Source: Nitrosopumilus sp. | Lineage (GTDB): Archaea > Thermoproteota > Nitrososphaeria > Nitrososphaerales > Nitrosopumilaceae | Length of the DNA stretch: 64,000 bases | Reading direction: 5' to 3' | NCBI GenBank assembly: GCA_965204345.1 | Contig: OZ241981.1 | Location: 1,280,001-1,344,000, forward strand | In this document: positions 1-10,377 of the stretch, piece after piece | Position numbering within the stretch: the stretch's first letter is position 1 | Layout: each line of letters opens with the position of its first letter | Program-made: the position numbers and the translations under genes | Notes under the pieces: generated by a model | Seen by the model: only the letters and a program-made list of their open reading frames with translations | Told to the model about the DNA's origin: nothing | Database searches by the model: none

Positions 1-743
1 ATGGCTGGACAATTAAGAGAAAACTAATGAGTAAAGTCGCTACAATAATTGCAAAGAAAGGACTAGATGTTAAAATAAAGGATCCAATGTCCGGATTTTT
101 TGCATTTAAAAAAAATATCATTAAAGAATTAAATTTTGATGCATTAGGTTACAAATTCCTGTTAGAAATCCTTGTAAAAACCAAGGGAATTGACGTCAAG
201 GAGATTCCATATACTTTTGAAAATAGAAAATACGGTTCAAGTAAATTAGACAGCTTGACCGTACTTGATTATTTTAAATCAGTATGGAAATTATACAAAA
301 ATGGCAAGACAAAAACATCAAATGAAAAACGTAAATCAGTCCGATTTATTTCAAAAGCTGCAAGGTTTTTTACTGTAGGCGCCACTGGAATTGGTGTAAA
401 CTTTATTGTCTCGACACTCTTTACATCTGGCTTAACTGAATTATGGTATATTCATGCAAATATTTTTGGAATTATTGCATCTGTATCTACCAATTTCATA
501 CTGAATAAAATTTGGACTTTTGAAGATAAGGATTTCTCACGTAGGAAAACACTATCTCAATATGGAAAATTCAGCATGTTTAGCTCATTAGGCGCACTAG
601 TCCAGATTGCCATGATGTTTTGGCTAATAGAATCTCATGACATTGAACATCATATTGCATTAATTCTAGCCATAGGAACTGGAGCATTTAGTAATTTCTT
701 GTTAAACAAGAAATTTACGTTTAAAGAAAAACTTTGGAATTAA
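1..743 (+). CDS. Polyprenol-phosphate mannosyltransferase-like GT2 with C-terminal GtrA domain (5'-truncated by window)
   Basis: Frame is open from the window edge (GWTIKRKLMSK...). DPMSGFF, EIPYTFENRKYGSSKL motifs of DPM1-like GT2; GtrA-like TM C-terminus (NFILNKIWTF). Confidence 0.85.
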   Translation, partial: GWTIKRKLMSKVATIIAKKGLDVKIKDPMSGFFAFKKNIIKELNFDALGYKFLLEILVKTKGIDVKEIPYTFENRKYGSSKLDSLTVLDYFKSVWKLYKNGKTKTSNEKRKSVRFISKAARFFTVGATGIGVNFIVSTLFTSGLTELWYIHANIFGIIASVSTNFILNKIWTFEDKDFSRRKTLSQYGKFSMFSSLGALVQIAMMFWLIESHDIEHHIALILAIGTGAFSNFLLNKKFTFKEKLWN

Positions 744-797
744 TGGAAAACTAAAAAAAATTAAAATAAAAAGAATGAACCGTTCGTACTAATCTTC

Positions 798-1451
798 TTA
801 CTCAAATGTAGTAGTAGAGGATTGTGACGAAAGTCCAGTTGAAGATGGTACAGATGGGAACTTGTCTCCTACCTGTTGCTCAGCTACTGCAGATGCTTCT
901 TGAAGAATCTTATCTGTTTCTTCACTTGAAACATCAGACTCCATATTAAACGAGTCTCCTGCAAGTGAATCCATCATTAGCCCATTAAGTGTCTGAGTCA
1001 TGGTATTCAATTCCGAATCAGCTTCTGGCATGAATCTTCCTAGCGATGACTTCAATCCCTTCATTGTAGACATTGCCGGTCCAATTGCTACCATAGCATC
1101 ACCAAGATCATGAATAGTTGTCAGTCTTAGTTGGACTTGTTCTAATGACATTCTTGCATTGCCGAGCATCTTTGTAACTTTACGAATTTCAGCTAATTCG
1201 TTGGACAAAACTCTACTTGTGCTAGTATCATGTTGTTGCATTGCAGTCACTACTCGTTGAAAGAGTTGCGCATCTCTTTCGTGCAGCTTACCTAACATAG
1301 AATCCATTTTTGAGATTTGGACCTGTAGTTTGTTCACCGCAGTCTGAATTCGTGGTTTTAATGCACCTTGAGGCTTTACTGCGTCTCGGAGTTTGCCAGT
1401 TACGCTTTGGGTCGTCTCTTGTCGAGCCCAAGTTTTATCGAAGTTTGGCAT
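798..1451 (-). CDS. cdvB: ESCRT-III/Snf7-family cell division protein (CdvB paralogue)
   Basis: Helical Snf7 core (SNELAEIRK...LEQVQLRLTT), acidic EETDKILQEA segment and Pro/Ser-rich tail. Confidence 0.85.
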   Translation of the reverse strand: MPNFDKTWARQETTQSVTGKLRDAVKPQGALKPRIQTAVNKLQVQISKMDSMLGKLHERDAQLFQRVVTAMQQHDTSTSRVLSNELAEIRKVTKMLGNARMSLEQVQLRLTTIHDLGDAMVAIGPAMSTMKGLKSSLGRFMPEADSELNTMTQTLNGLMMDSLAGDSFNMESDVSSEETDKILQEASAVAEQQVGDKFPSVPSSTGLSSQSSTTTFE

Positions 1452-1460
1452 GGTTAGTGG

Positions 1461-1557
1461 TTTAGAAATTTAGTCTTAATCAACAGTGTAAATTTAGATC
1501 AGCTTTAGATTAAATTTAACTAACAAAATCTAAAATTGTATATGCATTATATCTAAA
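1461..1557. promoter_or_regulatory. Cluster of TTTAGAT/ATCTAAA heptamers in the divergent cdvB/racemase intergenic region
   Basis: Exact copies at 1493-1499, 1504-1510 (forward) and 1528-1534, 1551-1557 (reverse); near copies at 1461 and 1469. Confidence 0.4.
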
Positions 1558-1561
1558 CATA

Positions 1562-2317
1562 ATGAAGATTGTGGTATTTGATTCCGGATTAGGCTCACTT
1601 TCCATAATAAAACCAATTCAAAAAGTTTGCAAATCAGAAATAATCTATTTTGCCGATCAAAAAAACTTCCCCTATGGGAAAAAAACAATTGCAGAATTAA
1701 GACGTATAACCAATCACAGTATAGCGAGGCTAGACAAGAAATTCTCTCCTGACTTGATAATAATCGGATCAAATACCCTCTCATTGCTCTTTGAATTTAA
1801 ACATCACAAGAACATACTTGGTGTCTTTCCACCCATATCTCAGGCAATTCAAAAATCAAAATCTAAAAATATTGCAATTCTTGCTACATATACAATAATT
1901 AAAAATAATTATTTAAAAAAGATAATTACTCAAAAAAACAACCTTAATGCTATTCCAATCAATATTTCACCATTAATAGATTTAGTAGAGGATGGTTCTT
2001 TTATTGCTAACAAAGACAAGTGTATTAACAAGATTAAGACATTATTAGAGCCAACTTTTCTCCAAAATAATATTGATGTTGCCACATTATCTAGTACGCA
2101 TCTACCCTTTCTTTTGCCATTATTTAAAAAAATATTTCCAAATGTAATATTTTTAGATCCTGGCAACTATGTTGCTAGTCTCGTACTTGAAAAAAATAAT
2201 TCCAACCTGGCGCGTAATAAAATTTCCATCTTTACCACAGGTGATGAAATACAATTCAAAAAAAAGTTACATCAGATCAAAATTTTTAATAAAGTTAGAT
2301 ACCTATCATTATACTGA
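1562..2317 (+). CDS. Glutamate racemase (MurI)-like Asp/Glu racemase family protein with both catalytic Cys replaced by Ser
   Basis: FDSGLGSLS and DQKNFPYGKK motifs; SNT in place of CNT and SSTH in place of GCTH. Confidence 0.8.
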   Translation: MKIVVFDSGLGSLSIIKPIQKVCKSEIIYFADQKNFPYGKKTIAELRRITNHSIARLDKKFSPDLIIIGSNTLSLLFEFKHHKNILGVFPPISQAIQKSKSKNIAILATYTIIKNNYLKKIITQKNNLNAIPINISPLIDLVEDGSFIANKDKCINKIKTLLEPTFLQNNIDVATLSSTHLPFLLPLFKKIFPNVIFLDPGNYVASLVLEKNNSNLARNKISIFTTGDEIQFKKKLHQIKIFNKVRYLSLY

Positions 2318-2339
2318 TAATTTTTTTTTCAAAACTGTT

Positions 2340-3797
2340 TTATGGATATGCAACTGACTCGATGATTTCTGAATCTAACTCAGAAATTCCAATTCTTTTT
2401 TGTTCCATGCTATCCCTACTTCTAATTGTAATTGTGCCGTCCTCCAATGTTTGATGATCTATTGTGATTGCAAAGGGAGAACCAATCTCGTCTAATCTCC
2501 TATATCTTCTTCCAATTCCTCCAGAGTGATCCAAAAATGCATCACATTTTCTTTTAAGCTGAAGATAAATCTCATCTGTTTTTTCTTTTAGTCCGTCTTT
2601 CTTTACCAGAGACAGTATTCCTACATGAACCGGTGACAAATATGGTTTTAGGGACAACACTATTCTCTCATGCTCTTTATCCTCTTTCAAACTGTGCTCC
2701 AAAATCGTGTACAGGCTTCTATCAATCCCCATTGAAATCTCAAACACATGAGGAAGAACCTTTTGGTCACCATCCATTATCTCAAACTTTTCCTTGCTCT
2801 TTTTTGCGTGACTGGACAAATCATAGTCTGATCTGTAGTTACATGCAACTAATTCAAGCCAGCCTATTGTGGTTTCCACTTCAAAATCAAATGCAACCTC
2901 AGCATAGAATGCCTTCTCTTTGTCTCCTAGTTTCCTAAATCTGCTTTTTGCCATATCAATCCCCGTTTTTTCGTAAAATTCAGTCAAAATTCCCAAGTAA
3001 TAGGCCACAAATTTGCTAGGAACAACGCCAGAATCTACTGCCTCTTTGCATGTCATTAAAACGGCTTTTACATCTGTCTGTACCCTGATTGTCACGTCTT
3101 GAATCTCTGAAAACCTATCCATTTCAGTCAGTTTCGCCGGATTACAAAATACCTCGATTTCTGCCTGATAAAACTCCCTTAGACGAAGTAGGCTTTGTCG
3201 GGGGGCTATCTCGTTTCTAAAACTCTTTCCCACCTGTGCAATCCCTAAAGGAAGCTTGCCTCTCATGGTTTTGTACAGTCTAGGAAAGTCCACAAAAATT
3301 GATTGGCATGTTTCAGGTCTTAGATATGCTTCTTCTTCCTGAGGACCAATACCGACTTTGAACATCATGTTGAAGTCTCTCGTATCATCAAAATCCCCCT
3401 TGCATTTTGGACACTTGATATTGTTTTGTGAAATGGCACTGTCAAACTCTTTCAAATCTGCGCTTTCGGGAATTTCAATATCTGCAATTTCAGAAATCGT
3501 TCTGTCTGCTCTAAACGTTGAATTACATTTTGTACATTTTATTATTGGATCAGCAAAGTTTCCTAAATGACCTGATGCCTCAAAAACTGATTTTGACATT
3601 ATTTGGGATCCATCAATCTCCAGCATTCCATCTCTTCTGATTAGCTCTCTTCTCCACAATTCGAGAAATTTATTTTTTAAACTAACCCCAGAGGGACCAT
3701 ATTCCCAAAACCCGGCCTGCGCATCAGAATAAACTTCACAGCTAGGAAAATAAAATCCACGCTCAAGTGCTAGTTTCATAACTGCTTCATAGTCCAT
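2340..3797 (-). CDS. glyS: Glycine--tRNA ligase (alpha2 type)
   Basis: YLRPETCQ, GKSFRNEIAPR, GIGRRYRRLDEIG; Zn insertion CTKC/CPKC. Confidence 0.97.
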   Translation of the reverse strand: MDYEAVMKLALERGFYFPSCEVYSDAQAGFWEYGPSGVSLKNKFLELWRRELIRRDGMLEIDGSQIMSKSVFEASGHLGNFADPIIKCTKCNSTFRADRTISEIADIEIPESADLKEFDSAISQNNIKCPKCKGDFDDTRDFNMMFKVGIGPQEEEAYLRPETCQSIFVDFPRLYKTMRGKLPLGIAQVGKSFRNEIAPRQSLLRLREFYQAEIEVFCNPAKLTEMDRFSEIQDVTIRVQTDVKAVLMTCKEAVDSGVVPSKFVAYYLGILTEFYEKTGIDMAKSRFRKLGDKEKAFYAEVAFDFEVETTIGWLELVACNYRSDYDLSSHAKKSKEKFEIMDGDQKVLPHVFEISMGIDRSLYTILEHSLKEDKEHERIVLSLKPYLSPVHVGILSLVKKDGLKEKTDEIYLQLKRKCDAFLDHSGGIGRRYRRLDEIGSPFAITIDHQTLEDGTITIRSRDSMEQKRIGISELDSEIIESVAYP

Positions 3798-3828
3798 TAT
3801 ATCATCACACTAGTTATCGCATAAATTT

Positions 3829-4668
3829 CTACGCAAATTCCTTTGCAATTCTAACATTCTCAAAATCATCCCTTTTATCGTCAATCGGAGTCTCTAAAAT
3901 AATTGGGATTTTTTTCTTGTTTGCAAACTTGATTGCAGCTGCAATGCCCTTTTTGCCTATTCCTCCTAGTCCTAGATGATAATGCCGATCCAAATTGCAA
4001 CCAACATCTCCTTTGGCATCATTAAGATGAAGAATTTTCAAGTTATCAATCCCAACATATTTGTCAAATTCATAGAACATTTTTTTTACATTATCTTCAG
4101 TCTTCAAGTCATATCCTGAAACAAACGCATGACACGTATCTAAACATACGCCAAATTTCTTTGTAGGCTTTAGCTGCTTGAATATTTCTCCCAGCTGTTT
4201 AAAATCAGAACCAACAGAATTTTTCTGTCCTGCTGTATTTTCTAATAGAATCATTACGTCATTTTTTGTTTTTCCAGCTTTGCTCAATCCCTCTACCAAT
4301 CTCTTAATCCCAGCTTCTTCACCTGTTCCTAGGTGACTGCCAAGATGTGTAACAAGATATGGAATCCCCAGCTGTGAACACCTTTCCATTTCATCAATCA
4401 AAGTTTTGACTGATTTTGCAAATCCGTCATCTTTGGGGGTTGCAAGATTTGGCAAATAAGGCATGTGTGCACAGGTTGCAAATCTGTCAATTTTGCTTTC
4501 TTTTAATTTTGATTTAAAATTATCAATATCTTCATTGGTTAGTGCTTTTACATTCCAGCCTCTTGGATTTCTTGTAAATATCTGAAATGCAGAGCATTTT
4601 CTTTCCACAGCGTTATCTACTGATTTATCAATTGATCCTGATATTGAGACATGGCAGCCGATCTGCAT
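3829..4668 (-). CDS. nfo: Endonuclease IV
   Basis: GCHVS, HMPYLPNLA, LENTAGQ, CLDTCH, HLNDAK, DRHYH, ILETP metal-binding motifs. Confidence 0.95.
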   Translation of the reverse strand: MQIGCHVSISGSIDKSVDNAVERKCSAFQIFTRNPRGWNVKALTNEDIDNFKSKLKESKIDRFATCAHMPYLPNLATPKDDGFAKSVKTLIDEMERCSQLGIPYLVTHLGSHLGTGEEAGIKRLVEGLSKAGKTKNDVMILLENTAGQKNSVGSDFKQLGEIFKQLKPTKKFGVCLDTCHAFVSGYDLKTEDNVKKMFYEFDKYVGIDNLKILHLNDAKGDVGCNLDRHYHLGLGGIGKKGIAAAIKFANKKKIPIILETPIDDKRDDFENVRIAKEFA

Positions 4669-4747
4669 ATGTCATATTTTTCATAAAACATAATTTAAAC
4701 CAGCATAAAAAAATCAGATTTTTAAGTAAACTAGGTCAACTATCCTT

Positions 4748-5773
4748 ATGCTTGCCCTTGGACAAGATGAGATTGCAAAGTATCCCTTCCTAGCAGATGC
4801 CGGTCAGTATCTAAAAGACATGGGATTTTCCCTTGAACAGTTTGGAACCGACCCTGACCTAAAACACCTAATTGAGAAGGCATTTGAACGAATCCAGGTT
4901 GCCGCAGATGGAAAAATCTACAAGTCAGACATTGATGGAGATCATGTTTCAAAAGAATCTACGCTTCCAAGAGAAGTTTTTTCATTTTTGCTCTCTATTG
5001 TACTTTTGAAACTAAGTGGAATGCATACTTTGATCAAAAGATTTGCATTAGCCGAGTCTAGACGTGCAGAAAAATATCTAGAAAAAGATCTTGGAAATAT
5101 CTCAGATGAATCAAAAAAAGATCTTGCAATCAGGGTCATAGATGACCTTTTTTCAGTCCAGATTGAAAAAATAGGTGACTTTTTTGTTATTCCAGTATCT
5201 GACTACCTAAAGCATTCCATTAACTTTCATGAAAGAGAATGGAAACTTATCAACAGACATGTAGAAAACGGCCAGGTTTTTCTTTCTCCACATGAGACAG
5301 TTAGATTAATCAGAAAAGAGTTAGGCATGTATATCAATTCAAAAATTATTAATGCAAAAACACCCACAATGATTCCCGGCTTTGAAGATTCAGTCAACAA
5401 ATTAGTTTTGTTATCAAAAAAGTTTGTGACGTATACTGTTACAACTGGAGAATATCCGCCATGCGTAAAACATGCAATTGACATGCTTGAAAAAGGCGAA
5501 AACCTTCCACATTCTGGAAGATTCATGCTAGCTACCTTTTTACTATCCAAGGGACAGTCAATTCAACAAATTGCACCGTTGTTCAAAAATGCACCTGATT
5601 ATAACGAGCGTGTAACATTATACCAGCTCAATCATCTGGCAGGAGCCTCAGGCAGTGGTACACAGTACTCATGTCCTTCATGCGAAAAATTAAAAACCCA
5701 AAGTTTGTGTTTTGCAACTTCAGAATGTGATAATATCATTAATCCCTTACAATTTGGAAGGAAGAAAAAATAA
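4748..5773 (+). CDS. priL: DNA primase large subunit
   Basis: YPPC...GENLPHSGRF, YSCPSCEKL...C...C Fe-S domain. Confidence 0.93.
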   Translation: MLALGQDEIAKYPFLADAGQYLKDMGFSLEQFGTDPDLKHLIEKAFERIQVAADGKIYKSDIDGDHVSKESTLPREVFSFLLSIVLLKLSGMHTLIKRFALAESRRAEKYLEKDLGNISDESKKDLAIRVIDDLFSVQIEKIGDFFVIPVSDYLKHSINFHEREWKLINRHVENGQVFLSPHETVRLIRKELGMYINSKIINAKTPTMIPGFEDSVNKLVLLSKKFVTYTVTTGEYPPCVKHAIDMLEKGENLPHSGRFMLATFLLSKGQSIQQIAPLFKNAPDYNERVTLYQLNHLAGASGSGTQYSCPSCEKLKTQSLCFATSECDNIINPLQFGRKKK

Positions 5774-6894
5774 TGCAAGAAGCTGATGCACAATTTTTAG
5801 AGAATTCATTTAAAAAATATTATTTTAACCACTTTGATCAAATCAACGTTCCGGAAAGAACATCTGAGAGAGAATTTGGTTATCAAAAATTCAATTCAGG
5901 TATGACTAGACATATCTCATTAAAAAATGACAAAGAATTGCATCTATTACTTATACAAAATGTCCCATCTGATGTCTACTGTTCAAATGCATACTATACA
6001 TTTCCAAATTTACCAATGAATGAAAAAGATTGGAAAGAAGCTGATCTGATTTTTGATATTGATGCAAAAGATCTCAATTTGTCTTGCAGAGAAAGTCACA
6101 GTGTATCAATCTGTAATGAATGTAACGGGGCCTCTAAAAATTCTAAACAATGTCCTAAATGTAGTTCATCTAAATTAGAAACAAAATCACTGCCATGTAA
6201 AAATTGCATTGATGCCTCAAAAACTGAAGTCTTAAAACTATCTGAAATCCTAATAAATGATCTTGCAGTTTCTAAAGATGACATTCACGTTTATTTCTCC
6301 GGCAATGAAGGATTTCATGTTTACGTATATAATTCACAATTTCAAGAAATAGGTTCTAAGGAAAGATCAGAACTAACTGATTATCTCTCTCTTAGAGGAA
6401 TTATTCCACAAACCCTCGGAATGAACAAATCCAAACCGGATCGAAATTCATTTCCAGTTCTTGACGAAAAAGGATGGAGGGGAAGATTCGCAAAATACAT
6501 TTTTGGCTCAAAGTCAAAACGCTCAAAAATTATTACGGAATTACTTGCAAATGGTTATGATTCTTTTCAAAAAACTCTGGATGACGTATCCCAAAATATC
6601 GGAGTAAAAATAGATCCTAATGTCACTATGGACATTCATAGAATTTTTAGATTGCCAGGATCTATCAATAGTAAAAGCGGTCTTGCAAAAACTCAATGCA
6701 ATGATGTTACAAAGTTTGATCCATATACTGAAGCATCTTTTCTTAGCGGTGATTCAATAGAGGTTTTGGCAAATTGTCCAATTGAATTTAGGTTAAAAAA
6801 TAAAAAATTCGGTCCATACAATAACGAAAAAATAACTGTTCCAACGTTTGCAGCAGTCTATATGATTTGTAAAAAATTAGCTAGAATAGCTTAA
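5773..6894 (+). CDS. priS: DNA primase small (catalytic) subunit
   Basis: REFG, DLIFDIDAKD, FSGNEGFHV, ID.NVTMDIHRIFRLPGS; 1-nt overlap (TAATG) with priL. Confidence 0.95.
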   Translation: MQEADAQFLENSFKKYYFNHFDQINVPERTSEREFGYQKFNSGMTRHISLKNDKELHLLLIQNVPSDVYCSNAYYTFPNLPMNEKDWKEADLIFDIDAKDLNLSCRESHSVSICNECNGASKNSKQCPKCSSSKLETKSLPCKNCIDASKTEVLKLSEILINDLAVSKDDIHVYFSGNEGFHVYVYNSQFQEIGSKERSELTDYLSLRGIIPQTLGMNKSKPDRNSFPVLDEKGWRGRFAKYIFGSKSKRSKIITELLANGYDSFQKTLDDVSQNIGVKIDPNVTMDIHRIFRLPGSINSKSGLAKTQCNDVTKFDPYTEASFLSGDSIEVLANCPIEFRLKNKKFGPYNNEKITVPTFAAVYMICKKLARIA

Positions 6895-6935
6895 TTTTGC
6901 TGGTAAGACATTAATTTACCGAATCACAAGAAAAT

Positions 6936-9800
6936 TTGGTTTTGTATAGCGCCACTACTGATAAACAAACTCCGCCTCCTGATGCTGGAAAATTCATCAA
7001 ATTAGCGATTATTGCAGTTATAGGAATCATAATTTTTACTCTTGCTGGCAATCAGGCAGTCATTTTATCAATGAATTTTACTGAATTTGGCGATCAATTC
7101 AGCAAGCCCCTGTATTACACACTTGTTTCGACAATAATTCTATCTGCAATTGCTCTTGTGCGCGTTAATATCGTTGGGCGCTCTTCAATTTTCTGGTATG
7201 CAATTAATACCGGAATTGGAGTTCTTGGAAGTGGCGGGAAACAACCTCTCTCAAACAACATTTTAAGTTTTAGGAATTACAAATTATCCCCCCCACAGTT
7301 TGTAATCTGGCAAATTACAAAGATCCTGCTTTTTGGCGCTTTCTTTGCAAATATTATGTTTGGATTTGCAGCAATGTCATTTATAGATGGAAATACTCTG
7401 GGAATAGAAAATCTCACATCACTCTTCTCCTTACCGTTTGTAACCCCTGATTCTAATCCAAACTATGCAGCTGAAAATGTTATACCAATGATTCCTGCAC
7501 TAGTAATACTAATTCCCCCATTACTTGCGGCAATTGGATTACGATTAATGCTGTATGTCGGAATACATAGAATAATTAATGTAATTACATCATTTTTACA
7601 AGACTCCAATGAAGGCAAGCCTAGATACCTAAATTATGTTTCAACTATTGAAGGCATAATAGGAATCGGTATTCTTTGGGCAGGATTTAACTTATTCTTT
7701 ACAGATCAAATTGACTATAATACGAGATATATAATTGGCGGTACACTTGTTATAGGCTTTGCACTGATTGCATTTTCAATCGTTGACAAAATTAGGGCAC
7801 GAGTTCTCACTCACATGTTCAAAAGAGATGTCTATATTCGTTTCTTAACAATTATTGCAATTGCAATTATTGTTGCTGGATTTGTTTCTGTTAACAATAG
7901 TATTGCTGATGCAAAAAAGATTGAATATCTGGGCCCGTATACTGCTCAACAAATTGGAGTCAATCGTTATCTCGGCGAATTAACTAATATTCAAGAAAAT
8001 ATTCATGATGTTCAACTGACTTCTGTTTCTCCAAATAATATCAATAACTATGTCAAACAAAATAATGATGTTTTAGATGTAATTAGAGTCTGGGATTGGG
8101 AGGCAGCTTTTGTCAAACTCCAGCCTCAGATAGGCCTTATTCCATATGTTGACTTTGAAGATAACGACATTCTACGATTTAACAATACATTGTATTGGAC
8201 TGCTTCAATGAAGCCAATTCTACCATCATCTGTTGCTGCTGATGATAAATGGTATAACGAACACCTTGTTTATACTCACGTTCCTAATGGCTTCCTAACT
8301 CTTGAAGCAACTGATGGACAAATTGTTGATAGCAGTGAGTTCTTCAAGCAACGAGAAATCTACTATGGTGAAGGGGGATTATTTAAAGAAACTTGGTCAG
8401 CCTATCCTAGCTCACTTGATGCCCAAGACAGTGCCGAACTCGGGGAGGTATCTTATTCTGGTCTAGGCGGATTGGATGTTTCACCTCCCCTAAGTTGGAT
8501 TTTTGAGCCAAACTTTTTGCTTTCATTTCCAACAGAATCTGTTCACATCATGAGATACAAAGATGTGCACGATAGAATGGAAATTCTATATCCATATTTT
8601 CTATATGACTTGTTTGGAAAAGAATTAGATTCACTACCCGTAACTGATGGAGAGAATTCCTATTGGCTAATTCCGCTTATTATTGGATTTGATACCGGTG
8701 ATGTTCCTTGGTCTATTGGCAATCCATACTTACGTTTAGTAGGCTATGCACTTGTTGATTCTTACAATGGAGACATCCAATTACTAAAGACTGGTGATGA
8801 TTTCTTCTCTGAGATGTTTGCTAGCCAATACTCTGAACAATTCCAACCAATGCCTGCCTGGTTAGAAGAACAAATTCGATACCCTGTTGAACTGTTTAAT
8901 TGGAAAACAGAGATGTATAACATCTACCATGTAACTGACGTAGTAACATTCATTCAAGCAAATGAATTTTATGAAATCCCACGTGGTCTTGACACTTATT
9001 ATGTTGAAGCAAAACCTCCCGGCTTTGATCAAACTGCATTTTTGGGATTACTTTCATTAGAACTAAAGGGCTCTCAGGGAAGAAACCTTGCCGGATATAT
9101 GGTGGTAGAAAATGATCTTGCTAGCTTAGGCGATTTGCAATTCTATGAAGTTCCATTAAACTCTACTACCAAATTGATTGGACCTACTGCAGTTAGAGAA
9201 GCACTTGATAGAGATCCTGAATTTGCTCAACTAAAGACCCTCTTAAGAAATCCAAGAATTGGTGATAATATTTTGTATCGTGTAGGTGATCATGATGTCT
9301 ACTTTATTCCGGTGTATACAGCAGGTGCCGGTGGCGTGGTTGCCCAACTAGGTACGATAGCCGCAGTAGGTGCAGCTTTCAATGGAGAATATTTCGTTGG
9401 TCTAGGTGAAACCCAAGAAGAAGCGTTTGAGGAATACTTGAAAAAAGTTTCCGGTGTGGCATCAACTACTACTATTGCTGATGATAATTATATCGAATTG
9501 GATCGGGTTGATAGAATTAATATCATAAGATCAGTATTTGAGGAAAATAACATCTCTGTATCTGAACCAACGTCTATTCAGATTCCATTGTCATTTAATG
9601 AAGGGGAACTGTTCTTCTTTACAGAAAGTGATCAAGATGATACTGAAAAATTCCTGTCTGAATTCATTGATGACTTTGTAGAACCACCTAACGACAGAGT
9701 ATTCATGTGGCAAGAAGAAACTAACCTCAATATTGGAACAGTATTTGTAAAAGATGGACTTCCTGAGATACATTATGTTTCAATAGAGGTAGGTAACTAG
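6936..9800 (+). CDS. UPF0182-family large membrane protein
   Basis: Multi-TM N-half; IRVWD, WYNEHLVYTH, IYYGE, QIRYP.ELF...YHVTD motifs of UPF0182. Confidence 0.8.
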   Translation: MVLYSATTDKQTPPPDAGKFIKLAIIAVIGIIIFTLAGNQAVILSMNFTEFGDQFSKPLYYTLVSTIILSAIALVRVNIVGRSSIFWYAINTGIGVLGSGGKQPLSNNILSFRNYKLSPPQFVIWQITKILLFGAFFANIMFGFAAMSFIDGNTLGIENLTSLFSLPFVTPDSNPNYAAENVIPMIPALVILIPPLLAAIGLRLMLYVGIHRIINVITSFLQDSNEGKPRYLNYVSTIEGIIGIGILWAGFNLFFTDQIDYNTRYIIGGTLVIGFALIAFSIVDKIRARVLTHMFKRDVYIRFLTIIAIAIIVAGFVSVNNSIADAKKIEYLGPYTAQQIGVNRYLGELTNIQENIHDVQLTSVSPNNINNYVKQNNDVLDVIRVWDWEAAFVKLQPQIGLIPYVDFEDNDILRFNNTLYWTASMKPILPSSVAADDKWYNEHLVYTHVPNGFLTLEATDGQIVDSSEFFKQREIYYGEGGLFKETWSAYPSSLDAQDSAELGEVSYSGLGGLDVSPPLSWIFEPNFLLSFPTESVHIMRYKDVHDRMEILYPYFLYDLFGKELDSLPVTDGENSYWLIPLIIGFDTGDVPWSIGNPYLRLVGYALVDSYNGDIQLLKTGDDFFSEMFASQYSEQFQPMPAWLEEQIRYPVELFNWKTEMYNIYHVTDVVTFIQANEFYEIPRGLDTYYVEAKPPGFDQTAFLGLLSLELKGSQGRNLAGYMVVENDLASLGDLQFYEVPLNSTTKLIGPTAVREALDRDPEFAQLKTLLRNPRIGDNILYRVGDHDVYFIPVYTAGAGGVVAQLGTIAAVGAAFNGEYFVGLGETQEEAFEEYLKKVSGVASTTTIADDNYIELDRVDRINIIRSVFEENNISVSEPTSIQIPLSFNEGELFFFTESDQDDTEKFLSEFIDDFVEPPNDRVFMWQEETNLNIGTVFVKDGLPEIHYVSIEVGN

Positions 9801-10343
9801 TTGCTTCTTGTTGTTGATAATGGTTCCATCTATACAAAACAACTGACTGATTTTTTGGACCAAAAAAATATTTTATTTGAAAAACAGGCCCCTCATCTAT
9901 TATGCATAAACTCTCTTGAGAATTATGACTCTTTCATTCTTTCTGGAAGAAAAAGAAATGACAGAAAAATTAATGAAATAAATTCCAAAATTATTCTACA
10001 TTCTGTTAAAAATAATAATAAATTACTTGGAATTTGCTATGGTGCAGAAATTTTAGCGTTGACACTGGGAGGTACAATAAAGCAGGCAACACCACCTCAA
10101 AAAGGAAATGAATCAATCCAAATTTTTAGAAATAATCCCATATGCAATAATTCATTAAATGTATTTGAAAGTCATGGATATGAAATTTCTAAATTACCTG
10201 ATGTTTTAATTCCTCTTGGCAAATCAAATAATTGCAAATATGAAATCATCCAATACGAAAAAAAGCCAATTTTTGGAACTCAATTTCATCCAGAAATGAG
10301 CGAGGATGGCAATAATTTAATTGAGAATTTTTGTTTACTCTGA
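9801..10343 (+). CDS. Stand-alone class I glutamine amidotransferase (GMP synthase A-like)
   Basis: VDNGS, LGICYG (nucleophile Cys), ESH, QFHPE triad. Confidence 0.88.
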   Translation: MLLVVDNGSIYTKQLTDFLDQKNILFEKQAPHLLCINSLENYDSFILSGRKRNDRKINEINSKIILHSVKNNNKLLGICYGAEILALTLGGTIKQATPPQKGNESIQIFRNNPICNNSLNVFESHGYEISKLPDVLIPLGKSNNCKYEIIQYEKKPIFGTQFHPEMSEDGNNLIENFCLL

Positions 10344-10377
10344 TTGATTTTAATAACTCCCAAAATTTGTTTATCTC

